A stretch of 63,970 nucleotides of DNA, filler included, from Myxococcota bacterium (lineage in GTDB: Bacteria; Myxococcota; Myxococcia; Myxococcales; Myxococcaceae), in NCBI GenBank assembly GCA_049322255.1. It is 4 parts of 4 records of this genome, joined end to end, with 100 filler letters (N's around TTAATTAATTAA, not from the genome) between each part and the next. Parts side by side here need not be neighbours in the genome. Positions count along the whole stretch, not along the records: positions 18,388 to 36,646 come from JBMORE010000089.1; 3 more parts are not named here. The stretch is one strand, 5' to 3'. The notes below the pieces were generated by a model that had not been told where the DNA came from, did not search any database, and saw only the letters and a list, made by a program, of their open reading frames with translations. Shown here in pieces: positions 22,822 through 35,571 of this stretch (positions within the stretch are counted from its first letter, which is position 1; each line of letters begins with the position of its first letter). The position numbers and the translations under genes were made by a program.

Positions 22822-24891
22822 GTGACCTCGCCGATGAAAGTGCTGCTCGTCGACGACGACGAGTTCGCCTACCACGTGCTCGAGTCCTACCTCGAAGAAA
22901 TCCCGGGGAAGCTGTCGATTCGTTGGGCCGACAGCTACGCGACCGGAATGCAGAAGCTGTTCGGGGGAGAAGTCGATGTGTGCTTGCTCGACTACCAGCT
23001 GGGCGAGCGGTCGGGGCTCGATTTTCTACGGGAAGTGGTTTCCCGCGGGTGCCGGACACCGATCGTCATGCTCACCGGCCAAGGAGATCACCAGCTCGAC
23101 CTCGAGGCGATGACTGCGGGCGCGGTCGACTACCTGGTGAAGGGAGAATTCGGAGCGGCGGTGCTCGAGCGCGTCGTCCGCTACGCGCTGGAGCGTGCTC
23201 GAACCCTCGAGCGCTTACGCGAGAGCGAAGAGCGGTACGCCCTGGCCGTGCTCGGGTCCAACGACGGCGTGTGGGACTGGAAGGTGGGCGGCGAGAAAAT
23301 CTACTTCTCCCCCCGCTGGAAGCAGATTTTGGGGTTCCAAGACGGCGAGATTCCCAACGAGATGAAGGCCTGGCACTCCCGCGTGCACCCGGACGACTTG
23401 GTGCGGCTCCAGTCCGATCTGGCCGCCCACGTCTCGGGGAAGATTCAACACTTCGAGAGCGAGCACCGGGTGATGCACCGTGACGGCACCTGGCGGTGGG
23501 TGCTGGCGCGGGGCATGGCGGTGAGAAGCGAAATCGGAGTGGCCACGCGCATGGCCGGCTCGCTCACCGACGTCACCCAGAGCCGCAGCCGCGACGTGCT
23601 CACCGGTCTGCCCAACCGGGTGCTCTACCTCGATCGGCTGGAGCGTGCCTTCGCGCGCGCGCGCCGGGAGGGCGACTACACCTTCGCCGTGCTGTTCTTG
23701 GATCTCGACCGCTTCAAAATCGTCAACGACAGCCTGGGGCACTTCGCGGGCGACGAGCTCTTGGTGGGCATCGCGCGCCGTCTGGAGTCCTGCATGCGCG
23801 GGGTGGACACGGTGGCCCGCATCGGTGGGGACGAGTTCACCATCCTCCTCGATCATGCGCGTGAGCCGGACGGCCCCACCCGGGTCGCCGAGCGCGTCAT
23901 CGAGTCGGTGTCCAAGCCGTTCGAAATCGCCGGACGCGAGGTGTACACCGGCGCGAGCGTGGGCATCGCCATCTACCATCGGGACTATCAACGGCCGGAG
24001 GAGATACTGCGCGACGCGGACACGGCGATGTACCGCGCCAAGTCATTGGGTCGCGGGCGATACGCGATCTTCGACGACGTCTTGCACCAGCGCGCGGTGA
24101 GCATTCTGCATCTGGAAAGCGAGCTGCGACGCGCCGTCGAAGCCAACCAGCTCGAGGTGCACTACCAGCCCATCGTCTCCGTTGCCGACCGTCGGCTCTT
24201 GGGGTTCGAAGCCTTGGCCAGATGGCGCCACCCCCAACGCGGGCTGATTGCCCCTGAGCAGTTCATTCCTTTGGCCGAAGAGACGGGTCAGGTGGTGGAG
24301 ATCGACCGTTGGGTGCTCAAGGAGGCCTGCACCCAGCTCAAGGAGTGGCAGACGCATTCCCCAGCGCACCGGCAGCTGTTCGTCGCCGTCAATGCCTCCC
24401 GACGCCAATTCGAGCGCGCCGACTGGGTTCCCACCGTTTGGCAGACGCTGGAAGAGGCCAAGCTCGACCCTTGTTTTTTGAGCCTGGAAGTCACCGAGAG
24501 CGTGGTCAGCGACAACACCGACGCGGTCATCGCCGTTCTCTCCAAGCTGAGAGACGGAGGTGTCCGGCTGGTGATGGATGATTTCGGCACCGGCTATTCC
24601 TCTTTGAGCTACTTGCACCGTCTTCCCTTCAGCGGAATCAAGATTGACCGTTCCTTCGTCAGCCAGCTAGACGTCCCCGGTCACGCGGTGGACGTCGTTC
24701 GGGCCATCATCGTGCTCGCCCGTGGGCTCAAGCTGGGGGTGACCGCCGAAGGAGTCGAAACCGACGCCCAGTTGACCCACCTCGCTGCGCTCGACTGCGA
24801 GCAGGCGCAGGGCTACCTGTTGGGCAGACCGCTCGATGCACGGGCGGTCGCCGAGCTGATCAGCTCGAAAGCTGCTCTCGCTCGACCCTGA
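22822..24891 (+). CDS. REC-PAS-GGDEF-EAL c-di-GMP cyclase/phosphodiesterase
   Basis: LLVDDD receiver, PAS_3 (VHPDD, WRWV), RGVD I-site, GGDEF, FEAL, DDFGTGYSSL. Confidence 0.95.
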   Translation: MTSPMKVLLVDDDEFAYHVLESYLEEIPGKLSIRWADSYATGMQKLFGGEVDVCLLDYQLGERSGLDFLREVVSRGCRTPIVMLTGQGDHQLDLEAMTAGAVDYLVKGEFGAAVLERVVRYALERARTLERLRESEERYALAVLGSNDGVWDWKVGGEKIYFSPRWKQILGFQDGEIPNEMKAWHSRVHPDDLVRLQSDLAAHVSGKIQHFESEHRVMHRDGTWRWVLARGMAVRSEIGVATRMAGSLTDVTQSRSRDVLTGLPNRVLYLDRLERAFARARREGDYTFAVLFLDLDRFKIVNDSLGHFAGDELLVGIARRLESCMRGVDTVARIGGDEFTILLDHAREPDGPTRVAERVIESVSKPFEIAGREVYTGASVGIAIYHRDYQRPEEILRDADTAMYRAKSLGRGRYAIFDDVLHQRAVSILHLESELRRAVEANQLEVHYQPIVSVADRRLLGFEALARWRHPQRGLIAPEQFIPLAEETGQVVEIDRWVLKEACTQLKEWQTHSPAHRQLFVAVNASRRQFERADWVPTVWQTLEEAKLDPCFLSLEVTESVVSDNTDAVIAVLSKLRDGGVRLVMDDFGTGYSSLSYLHRLPFSGIKIDRSFVSQLDVPGHAVDVVRAIIVLARGLKLGVTAEGVETDAQLTHLAALDCEQAQGYLLGRPLDARAVAELISSKAALARP

Positions 24892-26551
24892 AGCGGTTGG
24901 TGACTTGGTGGAGCGCCTGGGCCACCGCCTCCAGGTCATGGGCGATGCGGTTGGTGCGCCCGGTGGCATCGACGCCCTGCTTCACCAGATCGGCGACGTT
25001 GCGCGCGCCGGTCACCGCCTGGTCGCTCGACTGGCGCTGCTGGCGCGTGGCGACGAGAATCTGCTGCGCGGCCTCGCTCGTGCCTTTGGCCAGCTCGCTG
25101 ATGCGCCCAAAGACCTCGGAGGCCTGCTCGGCCACCCGCACCCCGCGGTCGGACACCTCGACTCCGCCGCGCGCCTTGGCCACCGCGTGGTCTCCCGACT
25201 CCTGCACTTTTTCCACGATGCGGCCGATGTCCCTCGCGGACACCGAGACGTGCTCGGCCAGCTTACGCATCTCGGCGGCGACCAAGGAGAAGCCACGGCC
25301 CACCTCGCCGGCCTTGGTTCCTTCGAGCGCCGCGTTCAACGCCAACAGGTCACTGCGCTCCGCCACCGAGTTGATGACCTGGGCAATCTTGGACACCTGC
25401 TGCAGGTCGCCGTTGAGGCGCATGATGGCGTCTGCAATCTCTTTCGATTCCCCGCGAATCTCGTTGATGCCGCTGACCACCTCGGCGACGACCGCCCGCG
25501 CTTGCTCCACCGCCTGGTTGGTGTTGCGTGCGGCCACCTCCACCACCTCGGTGGACGCAGAAATCTGCTCGGCGGTGCGCGACAGCTCTTCGAAGGTGGC
25601 GGCAATCTCCTGAGCGTAGGCCGCCTGTTGGCTGGTGACGTGCTCCTGATCTTTGGAGGCGCCAATCAGCCCTTGGCTCGCCGAGCCCAGCTGCCCGGTG
25701 AGAGAGACCGTCTGCCCCACGAGGTTTTTCAACGAGCCGAGCATCTCGTTGAAAGAGGTGGCCATCGATCGAATTTCCTGCGCCGCGGTCACCTGGACGG
25801 TCGAAACCGTCACGTCACCCTGGGCCACCTCGCGCGCACGCTGAGTCACGAGGGCCACCGGGCCAGCCAGGGCCTGACTAAAGAAGAAGGCAAACACCAG
25901 CCCCAACGCCGCGGCGACCACACCCAACCCCAGGCCTGCGAGCAGGTTCTCCCGTCGGGCGGCGAAGAGCGCATCTTTCCGGAAGCCGGCGACGAGCAGC
26001 GCCTTGGCCGAGGAGTCCTCGGGGTCTTGCACCAAGCAGCGCATGACGAGCATCGCCCCGCGGTCGAGCTCGCAATGGTCGTGAGAGCGGGGCACCTCGA
26101 ATTCGGTGACAGGAAGCTCGCGGGCCGCTCCCGCGGGGTCGGGCTGCACGGCCTTGCGAATCACCCTCTGGCGGGTCGCCTTCACCTTGGTTTCCGTGTC
26201 GTCGAGGCTGATGACGGCGATGAAGTCGACGTCACTACCGGTCAGGTCGACCTCGGCCGACCCGGCGGCCTTGCCCTGCTCCCGTTGGACACGATCGGCC
26301 GCTCCTTCGAAAACCTCGTCCAAATCCTCCGGCGCCGCTCCTTGCCCATGGGCGAGCAGTCGCAGGGTGGGAGCAATCTCCGCCGACGCCAAGGCTCCCC
26401 GCGCCCGTGCCTTCTGCTCCAGGCCTTCCTCGGCCTGGGCGTTGAGTCGCGCGGGGAAGTAGATGGACGAAATTCCCGCCACGGTGACGCAGGGCAACAG
26501 GACGGCGATCGCCGCCTGCGCTCGCAAGCTCAACTGCACCCACAAATTCAT
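24860..26551 (-). CDS. Methyl-accepting chemotaxis protein
   Basis: Two TMs, HAMP, LLALNAALEGTKAGEVGRGFSLVAAEMRKLAE. Confidence 0.95.
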   Translation of the reverse strand: MNLWVQLSLRAQAAIAVLLPCVTVAGISSIYFPARLNAQAEEGLEQKARARGALASAEIAPTLRLLAHGQGAAPEDLDEVFEGAADRVQREQGKAAGSAEVDLTGSDVDFIAVISLDDTETKVKATRQRVIRKAVQPDPAGAARELPVTEFEVPRSHDHCELDRGAMLVMRCLVQDPEDSSAKALLVAGFRKDALFAARRENLLAGLGLGVVAAALGLVFAFFFSQALAGPVALVTQRAREVAQGDVTVSTVQVTAAQEIRSMATSFNEMLGSLKNLVGQTVSLTGQLGSASQGLIGASKDQEHVTSQQAAYAQEIAATFEELSRTAEQISASTEVVEVAARNTNQAVEQARAVVAEVVSGINEIRGESKEIADAIMRLNGDLQQVSKIAQVINSVAERSDLLALNAALEGTKAGEVGRGFSLVAAEMRKLAEHVSVSARDIGRIVEKVQESGDHAVAKARGGVEVSDRGVRVAEQASEVFGRISELAKGTSEAAQQILVATRQQRQSSDQAVTGARNVADLVKQGVDATGRTNRIAHDLEAVAQALHQVTNRFRVEREQLSS

Positions 26552-26599
26552 CGGCGGCGAGCGTAGGAGCGCGTTTCTCTCGAGTCAACGACTCGCCGT

Positions 26600-27264
26600 T
26601 CAATAAAGGCCGTAGGGCTTGCCTGTTTTGTTCAAGTGCCGGCCTGCGCCCATCCGCTCGCGCAATTTGAGCTCCAGCGGTGGCACATCGGCCGGAGAAA
26701 CGCGCGCCTCCACGCGGGCGAGGTTGGTGAAGGGAGACCAAGCCACCGCCTGGTAGACCCCGGGGGGAACACCTTCGAAGCGGAAACGACCCGAAGCATC
26801 CGGACGGACGAAGAAGTGGTTCTTCACCACCACCACGTACGCGAGCATGTTCGGGTGAACGTTGCAGTAGACAGGCACGATGCCTGGCTCGGTGAAAGTC
26901 ACCGACCTCGAGGAGCCCTTGGGGAAAAAACCCAAATCGAACTTGCTCGTCGGCGAGGGCGAGAAAACGTTGTGGCTGAAATCGTCGGCGTTGGGGAACT
27001 CGACCGTCGCACCCACGGGCACGACGAGAACCCGCGGGTTGAAAGCCTTTTGGGCCTGAACGATTTGAAAAGGGCCCTTGGCGGCGGGCTTGACCGACGG
27101 AGCGTCTTCCAAGAAAACGAGCACGTCCTCCGGGCCCGAGAGCTGTGAGCCCACGCTGAGCCGCGTCAGCGAGACGGTGCCCTCGACGACTCCGGTGGGC
27201 TGGGCGTTGGCCGAAGAAACCAGCAGCTCCAACAGCCCCCAGATTCCAACGAGCCTTGCGCAGC

Positions 27265-27268
<4 letters not shown>
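26600..27268 (-). CDS. Periplasmic cupredoxin-like protein with carboxypeptidase-regulatory-like domain (methylamine utilization protein-like family)
   Basis: FPNAD..HNVFS, FDLG, VYCNVHPNM; GTG start overlaps the upstream stop (GTGA). Confidence 0.8.
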
Positions 27269-29808
<2,540 letters not shown>

Positions 29809-29842
29809 CGACAGGCCTTGGCGAGGCCACGACATCGAGCGC

Positions 29843-30427
29843 TCAGCACGACCCCGGCCAGGGTGAGCACCACCGTTTCGTTGGCCCGACGAGGTCACAG
29901 ACACATTGCTGCTGGTAGCCGGCGTTGCAATCGCCGTTCACGCTGCAGCCCCGCACGCACAGCTTGCCGAGGAAGGTGAACCCGGCGTCGGTGAAATCGA
30001 CGCACCAGTTGCCGCTACCGCAATCCGTGTCGGAGCTGCACGCCTTTCCACACCCCAGCTGTTCCGAGGGAAACCCTTGGGGCGGGCAAACCCCACCACC
30101 GCCCGGAACGTCGTTGCACTCCGCGGTGGTGGTACAGGTGGCAGCGAGCTCGCCGGCCTGGGGAGCCGTCCCGCCCCCGGCATCGGTCGCCGTGCCACCA
30201 TCGCCAGTCGCACAGGTTCCTCCCGTGCATACGTCCGATGCGGCACACGCGGCGCACTGAGCGCCTTGCGCACCGCACGCCGAGGTGCTCGTGCCCAGCT
30301 GGCATTGACCGGTCGAGTCGCAGCAGCCTTGGCAGGTCGACGGATCGCAGCGGTCCTTCCCCGTGCCACTGCACCCGAGGGCGCTCAGACAGACGAGGGC
30401 AACAGCTGCGAGGTCGCGTGGGCTCAT
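29843..30427 (-). CDS. Cys-rich lipoprotein (myxobacterial type)
   Basis: ALGC lipobox; CDPSTCQGCCD...CGAQGAQCAAC module. Confidence 0.75.
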   Translation of the reverse strand: MSPRDLAAVALVCLSALGCSGTGKDRCDPSTCQGCCDSTGQCQLGTSTSACGAQGAQCAACAASDVCTGGTCATGDGGTATDAGGGTAPQAGELAATCTTTAECNDVPGGGGVCPPQGFPSEQLGCGKACSSDTDCGSGNWCVDFTDAGFTFLGKLCVRGCSVNGDCNAGYQQQCVCDLVGPTKRWCSPWPGSC

Positions 30428-30527
30428 GGCTGACTCCGTTCGCAAGCGAGCGTAGCGCAGGTTGCGATTGCTTCGAAGGAGTAGGTAGGGGGCCGCAAAG
30501 AGAACGCGGAAGCGGTTGCTCCGCGCG

Positions 30528-32588
30528 ATGCCAGCCGAGATAATCTCTCCTCACATGCTCTCCCTCGACCGATTCGCGCGGCTTTGTTTCTCGGCCAACG
30601 CTTGGAGGCTCTTGTTTTCCGGAGCGCTGGCCTTGGCCATGGGCTGTACGGTGTCTCCCTTGACGCGCCTCGACGGGGGAGGGACCGAGTGCAAAGTCGG
30701 CCAGGAGTGCGACTGCGACAACCAGCTGGACGACGACGGCGACGGCCTCACCGACTGTGCCGACAAGGATTGCAACGGCGCGACCGTAGCTTGCGTGGGT
30801 GTGTGCGGGGATGAGGGCGCGGCGACCTGCTCGGGGGGAGTACCGGTGGGTTGCAACGCGCGAGCTCCGGTAACGGAAACTCTGGAACTGTGTTTCGACG
30901 GGGTGGACAACGACTGCGACGGGCGCCCGGACTGCCAGGAAGAAGATTGCGAGGGAGCGACCAAGTCTTGTAAGAGCGACTGTGGGACTGGGTTGGAGCG
31001 TTGTCAGGATGGCGGCCACGTCGCTTGTAATGCTCCCCTCCCACTCGCCGAAGACTGCACCAACGGAGCCGACGACGACTGCGATCAGCTGACCGACTGC
31101 GCCGACCCGAACTGCGAAGGGAAAGACAGCACCTCCTGCAACAAAGGTTGTGGCGAGGGCGTCAATGTTTGCCAGAACGGCCAACCGGTGTGCAACGCGA
31201 GGGCGCCCGTCCCCGAGCAGGGCGATCAAGCCTGTTCCAACGGCATCGATGACGACTGCGACCAATTCACCGACTGTTTGGATCCGCAGTGTGCCGGAGC
31301 GGTTCGCCCCTGTGGGGCCGGGGCCTGCGATGCCGGGATTCAGTTTTGCGGGTTCGACGGTGGTTGGCAGGCGTGCCAAAACACCTGCGACGGCGGGGCG
31401 TGTATTCCCACCGCTCTCACCGAAACCGGCGCGCAGTGCAACAACCTGATCAACGACGATTGCAATCAGGGCACCGACTGCAGCGACCCCGACTGCCGCG
31501 GAGCCACCCGGCAGGTGACTGGCCCTTGTGGAAACGATACCCAGACCTGCACCGACGCGGGGTGGACGACCACCGTCAACGCGTGCAACGCGCCCACTCC
31601 CAATTGCTGCGGCAGCACCTGCGTGAACACCACCACCAACTCTTCGCACTGCGGAAGCTGCAACAGCCCGTGCGACGCCGGCGTCTGCAACAACTCCACC
31701 TGCTGCGCAGGTCAAGCCTGCGGCGCCGCCTGCTGCACCGCCTCCGACTGTTGCAACAACGCGTGCTGTCCGGTGGCCGGAAGCAAATGCGTGGGAGGAA
31801 CGACCTGCTGCACCCCCAGCCAGCAATGTGATGGCGGCAACTGCTGCACCGCCGCCGGCTCCTTCTGCTGCCGCGGCCAATGCTGCAGCGCCGGGCAACA
31901 GTGCACCAGCCAGGGCTGCTGCAACAACCCCTGCAACGCCAACCAGCTGTGCTGCACCGCCGGGCAAACCTGCGTCAACAACGCGTGCTGCTCCAACCCC
32001 GTCTGCAATGGTGCCTGTTGCCCCGGCAGCACCGATCAGTGTGTCGCCAACCAGTGCTGCCCCCCCGCGCGCAGCTGCGGCACCACCTGCTGCCCTGCGG
32101 GAGAGGTCTGCGCGGGCGGAGCGACCTGCTGCCCGTCATCGGTGAGCTTCCAAAACGACATCATGCCCTTCTTCGGAATGGGGAGTGCGAACCCTGCTGT
32201 TGCGTGCGTGAGTTGCCATTCCCCCGTTCCTCCCACCGCAGCAGGAATGATCCTCGACCCAGCCGGAGACCCGGTGGCGATAAGGAATCAGCTGGTCAAC
32301 ACGGCGTCGGGCACCGGCTGCTCAGGCACGTGCACCCCGCCTCCCTGCAGCGACCCCTCTTACAGTGCGTACAAGCGGGTCGTCCCCAACAACCCCTCCC
32401 TGAGCCTCTTGTACCGCAAGCCCACTGACGAGGTGCCGCCGTGTGGAGACCACATGCCCGCGTGCTGCGGCGGGGCGATAACCCCCGCCTGCGGGACAGG
32501 CGCGTTGTGTCACATGAATGCCACCGAAAAAGCCCAGTTCCGCAAGCTGGTGGGGTGCTGGATTCTCCAGGGAGCCCCTCAAAACTAG
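30528..32588 (+). CDS. Very Cys-rich lipoprotein with MopE-like metal-binding repeats and a C-terminal cytochrome c domain
   Basis: AMGC lipobox; CxxGxDxDCDxxxDC repeats; HCGSCNSPC Stig1-like unit; CC-doublet repeats; CVSCH, RVVPNNPSLSLLY, HMP, WILQGA. Confidence 0.8.
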   Translation: MPAEIISPHMLSLDRFARLCFSANAWRLLFSGALALAMGCTVSPLTRLDGGGTECKVGQECDCDNQLDDDGDGLTDCADKDCNGATVACVGVCGDEGAATCSGGVPVGCNARAPVTETLELCFDGVDNDCDGRPDCQEEDCEGATKSCKSDCGTGLERCQDGGHVACNAPLPLAEDCTNGADDDCDQLTDCADPNCEGKDSTSCNKGCGEGVNVCQNGQPVCNARAPVPEQGDQACSNGIDDDCDQFTDCLDPQCAGAVRPCGAGACDAGIQFCGFDGGWQACQNTCDGGACIPTALTETGAQCNNLINDDCNQGTDCSDPDCRGATRQVTGPCGNDTQTCTDAGWTTTVNACNAPTPNCCGSTCVNTTTNSSHCGSCNSPCDAGVCNNSTCCAGQACGAACCTASDCCNNACCPVAGSKCVGGTTCCTPSQQCDGGNCCTAAGSFCCRGQCCSAGQQCTSQGCCNNPCNANQLCCTAGQTCVNNACCSNPVCNGACCPGSTDQCVANQCCPPARSCGTTCCPAGEVCAGGATCCPSSVSFQNDIMPFFGMGSANPAVACVSCHSPVPPTAAGMILDPAGDPVAIRNQLVNTASGTGCSGTCTPPPCSDPSYSAYKRVVPNNPSLSLLYRKPTDEVPPCGDHMPACCGGAITPACGTGALCHMNATEKAQFRKLVGCWILQGAPQN

Positions 32589-34181
32589 ATGGCCCGCCTC
32601 AAGCTCCTCCCCTTCGGTGTCATCGTTCTGGGGGCGGGGCTAGGCTTCCTGTTTCTGCTCCCATCGAAGGTTTCCCTGCAGGTGGAAGAGCTGGCTACCA
32701 GCCAGGCAGCGGCGGCGTCGGCGGCGATGGCGCAAAAAATCGATCAGCGCCGCATCGAGCTGCAGCGGGCGGCGCTCGAGGTGGCCGGAACCTCGCCGGT
32801 GCTCTCGGCGCTGCGACCTTCGGGCAACCAAATCGAGGCTCCCGGCCCCGACAAGTTTTCAGTGGTGCGCTTCGCGGTCAGTGAGGCGCTTCCTCCCTCC
32901 TTGGGCCCAACGGTGGTGGCCGCTTGGGTCAACGAGGCGGGCGGCATCTGGGCGCGGGGGGAAGCCGAGCCGGTCATCGCCCACGAAGACGATGAGCTCG
33001 ACGTCATGAGCCTGGCAGGGGCGGACCCGAAAGGCGTCGTCGACGAAGCCTTCGGCGTTCCTTACCTGTTCGTCTCGGTACCGGTGGCGGTGCCCGACAG
33101 GCCCGACCAGGCGAGGGTCTATGGTCACGTGGTGATTGGGGCTCCTTTGCTTCCCCAAGAAGTTGCCGAGACAGCGGCGAAGGAGCTCAAGGTCTCTGCG
33201 GTGGCGCTGGTCGCCAAGGGCAAAGTCGTGGACGTGGGTGGCCGCAAGCCCGTCGCCGAGGCAGCGACGAAGACACTGAGGGCCGGGCAGAGCGCGGTGG
33301 TGGAGCGCGGCGCGGTGGCGACCTTCGGGCCCTTGGCCTTACCGCTGGCCACCCATGAGAATCTCTTGGGCGGTGACGCCACTCTGGCGGTCGCCACACG
33401 ACAGAAGCTGCCCGACACGCCTTATGAAGCCGTGGTCGTGGTGGGGGTCGACCCTTTCATGCGCGCGCTCGCCGGCTATCAACGTGCCGCGCTGCTTCTG
33501 TGCCTGGGCATGGTGACCCTCACCTCTCTATGGATGTTCGTCATCGGCTTGGACAGACGAACGCTCATAGGCCGCATCCGGCGGAAAAAGAAGCAGCAGG
33601 CCGGGGCGCAGCCTGAGGAAAGCTCCGTCGTCTCCACCGCGTTCCAAGTGGAACAGCCGGCGGCGAACGTCGAGGGCTTTGATCTCATCGAAGCCGCGGC
33701 TCCCGTCGCTGCAGCACCGCCTCCGCTCCCCCCTCGCCCGGTCGCCGAGGAGGGCTCGGACGATGACAGCACCCGGTCCATCCCCCGCATGGACCTCAAC
33801 GTCCCCAATCCCGACGCGACCCGCGTGGCCATGGTTTCCGAGGACCTCCTCCAGGCCAGCCAAAGCCGCACCGCGCTCGAGCCGGAGCCTTCCTCGCCCC
33901 ACCTCCCCCCACCGCTCCCCAGCGTGCAGCCGGTGGCGCCGGCGACCGTTTCTCCGGAGGAGCAGCACTTTCAAGAGGTCTTCCGTGACTTCGTGGCCAC
34001 CCGCGAGCGGTGTGGCGAGCCAGCCGACGGGCTGACCTACGGCAAGTTCGTTCTCCAGCTGCGAAAGAACAAGGAAGCCCTGGTGCAGAAGTACAGCTGC
34101 CGCAGTGTACGCTTCCACGTCTTCGTCAAAGACGGCAAGGCCGCTCTCCGGGCGACCCCGGTGAAAGAAAAGAGCGCCTAA
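32589..34181 (+). CDS. MXAN_5187 family membrane protein
   Basis: Two TMs, Pro-rich linker, C-terminal HFQEVFRDFVATRERCGE...VKDGKAALRATP. Confidence 0.85.
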   Translation: MARLKLLPFGVIVLGAGLGFLFLLPSKVSLQVEELATSQAAAASAAMAQKIDQRRIELQRAALEVAGTSPVLSALRPSGNQIEAPGPDKFSVVRFAVSEALPPSLGPTVVAAWVNEAGGIWARGEAEPVIAHEDDELDVMSLAGADPKGVVDEAFGVPYLFVSVPVAVPDRPDQARVYGHVVIGAPLLPQEVAETAAKELKVSAVALVAKGKVVDVGGRKPVAEAATKTLRAGQSAVVERGAVATFGPLALPLATHENLLGGDATLAVATRQKLPDTPYEAVVVVGVDPFMRALAGYQRAALLLCLGMVTLTSLWMFVIGLDRRTLIGRIRRKKKQQAGAQPEESSVVSTAFQVEQPAANVEGFDLIEAAAPVAAAPPPLPPRPVAEEGSDDDSTRSIPRMDLNVPNPDATRVAMVSEDLLQASQSRTALEPEPSSPHLPPPLPSVQPVAPATVSPEEQHFQEVFRDFVATRERCGEPADGLTYGKFVLQLRKNKEALVQKYSCRSVRFHVFVKDGKAALRATPVKEKSA

Positions 34182-34185
34182 AGCC

Positions 34186-35487
34186 TCACGACTCCGGAAG
34201 GAACGAGGACACCAGTGCCGCCAAGTCGACCTTCCGCCACTGCCCGCGGGGCTGGCGTTGAGAGTCGACCTGCACGTAGTACACCTCGTTGCCCTCGACC
34301 CGTTCGATACGAATCATCAACTTCCAGGAGCCCCGGCTCAGAAAGAAGGTGGATTCGAAGAATTCCTTCTTGAGAATGCGCGCCGCCCCGTACGGCTGAC
34401 CGTGGGCATTGAGGCCGACGTAGCGCACCTCGTCGCCGACCTCCTGCTCCACCACCACGGACATCACCCAGAACTGTCCCACCGCTGGGCGAGGGAGCCC
34501 GCTCGAGGCGTCGACTTCCTTGGGTGCTGGCGCCCCGTGCGGCTGGACCGCCACCTGTTGCCCGTGCTTGCGGGTGAACACCGAGGTGAGCAGGGGCTGG
34601 ATGCCGGAGAACTGCTGCAGGTCGAACGACCCCTCCCACTCGTCCCCCAGCGGCCCCAACAGGCGCGCGGCGAAGACGGTGCCCACCTCCTGCACGGCGA
34701 GGAACTGGTAGCGCTCGCCTCTCACCTCGAACTGTTGAATGAGCTCGATCTGCGTGGCCGGGGAGAGCGCGGCATCACCGAATTTCTGCACCAGCGCTCC
34801 CAAGGTCAGCGCTTCGGCCGCCGGAGGCACCGCGGTGAGCTCGATCGCCGGCGTGCCCGAAGGCTTCGGAGAAGCGGGCGGCGAACCGTGGCGGCTTTCC
34901 CTCCAAGCGGTGAGGTGCTGCTCCAGCGCTTCCCGGGTCGGCAGTTGTTTGGGGTCGAGGAGCGCCAGGCTCTGTCCCACCACCTCGGGGGTACCGCCTT
35001 TGGGGAGCACGCGGCTCACCCTGATTTGCCCGGGGAGCCCGAGGAGCTCGTACGCCACGCGCTCGGTTTGCAGGACGGCGCGCATCACCAAAGCGCTTGG
35101 CTCGAGGGCCGGATCCAACCCCCAGCCGCGCATGGCTTCCGCCACCGGCGCCAGGGCCTCCAGGCGATTGCGGAGCATCTGCGCCACGCGCTCCTCGAGC
35201 TGCGTCGTGCTCTCCGCGTTGAAAAACTGAATCGGAGGCAGCGCTGACAACGGAGGGTCGAGGAAGCGCAAGCCGTTGTAGCCTTCGACGCGAAAACGGG
35301 CGAAGTCCATGGGCAGGTTGCGACCCGGGTACAGCACCGTGCCCTCGGGAAAAGGCAGCTCTCCCTCCAGCGTCTGGCCGTCCTGGGCGAGCTCGGCGGC
35401 GACGTTCAGCTCGGCGAGCTTTCGGCGAGCGATTTGGGTGAGTCGCTCGGGCCCGACCGGGGAAAGCACAGGAGGCTGTTGGCTCAT
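34186..35487 (-). CDS. Hypothetical cytoplasmic protein (433 aa)
   Basis: Long ORF with host-like codon bias; no motif recognised. Confidence 0.75.
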   Translation of the reverse strand: MSQQPPVLSPVGPERLTQIARRKLAELNVAAELAQDGQTLEGELPFPEGTVLYPGRNLPMDFARFRVEGYNGLRFLDPPLSALPPIQFFNAESTTQLEERVAQMLRNRLEALAPVAEAMRGWGLDPALEPSALVMRAVLQTERVAYELLGLPGQIRVSRVLPKGGTPEVVGQSLALLDPKQLPTREALEQHLTAWRESRHGSPPASPKPSGTPAIELTAVPPAAEALTLGALVQKFGDAALSPATQIELIQQFEVRGERYQFLAVQEVGTVFAARLLGPLGDEWEGSFDLQQFSGIQPLLTSVFTRKHGQQVAVQPHGAPAPKEVDASSGLPRPAVGQFWVMSVVVEQEVGDEVRYVGLNAHGQPYGAARILKKEFFESTFFLSRGSWKLMIRIERVEGNEVYYVQVDSQRQPRGQWRKVDLAALVSSFLPES

Positions 35488-35571
35488 GCGCGTCGCAGTA
35501 TAGGGGGTGGGCCTGGTGCCCGAAAATGTGGTTTGCTACGCCCCTCACACGCTTTCAGGAGGTGAGCTCCC

